DNA of 56,832 bases, taken from IMG/VR virus record IMGVR_UViG_3300027899_000015, positions 1 to 56,832 of that record, one strand, 5' to 3'. The notes beneath the pieces were generated by a model. It searched no databases, was not told where the DNA came from, and was given only the letters and a program-made list of their open reading frames with translations. The stretch's first letter is position 1, and each line of letters opens with the position of its first letter. Origin of the DNA: a virus (Duplodnaviria; Caudoviricetes). Of the stretch, positions 56,803 through 56,832 are shown in pieces. The position numbers were made by a program, and so were the translations under genes.

Positions 56803-56832
56803 ATATCTTAATTTCTTATATAATAAAGATAG

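Noticed and set aside
1-56832. Stop-codon reassignment, tRNA genes, integrase or diversity-generating retroelement
   Set aside because: Genes are long and intact under code 11; I saw no cloverleaf, recombinase or reverse transcriptase motifs in this window.

Overview
This is a 56.8-kb, very AT-rich segment of a large T4-like (myovirus-type) dsDNA phage genome. Every credible gene lies on the minus strand, and the plus-strand ORFs in the track are antisense shadows. In transcription order (right to left) it contains: (1) an early/middle-type block (RadA/Sms-like ATPase with an AT-hook, MoxR-like AAA ATPase plus a HExxH/VWA protein, T5orf172 nuclease, glutaredoxin, HD hydrolase, gp55-like sigma factor); (2) a baseplate/lysis/fibre block (a three-part gp5-like locus, gp25, gp6, holin, GH19 endolysin, a large wedge-like protein, tail-collar-type paralogues and Ser/Thr/Pro-repeat proteins); (3) GIY-YIG protein, primase, exonuclease and a full-length TonB-dependent receptor; (4) a long run of acidic, probably capsid-internal proteins and accessory enzymes; (5) large terminase, portal and further head-region genes running off the left edge. 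The host is inferred to be a Bacteroidota member (TonB-dependent receptor type, A-rich leaders without Shine-Dalgarno motifs, TAnnTT-type promoter boxes). By eye I found two intergenic motif classes (nnGACC-N13-TAnnTTWA at 9 sites, ATATTTAT at 15 sites), two candidate structured RNAs fused to intrinsic terminators, a four-domain enzyme punctuated by T4-like LxE maturation sites, and a tail gene apparently split by a mucin-like repeat insertion. I saw no tRNA, rRNA, CRISPR array or integrase. All family calls come from motif recognition without database searches.
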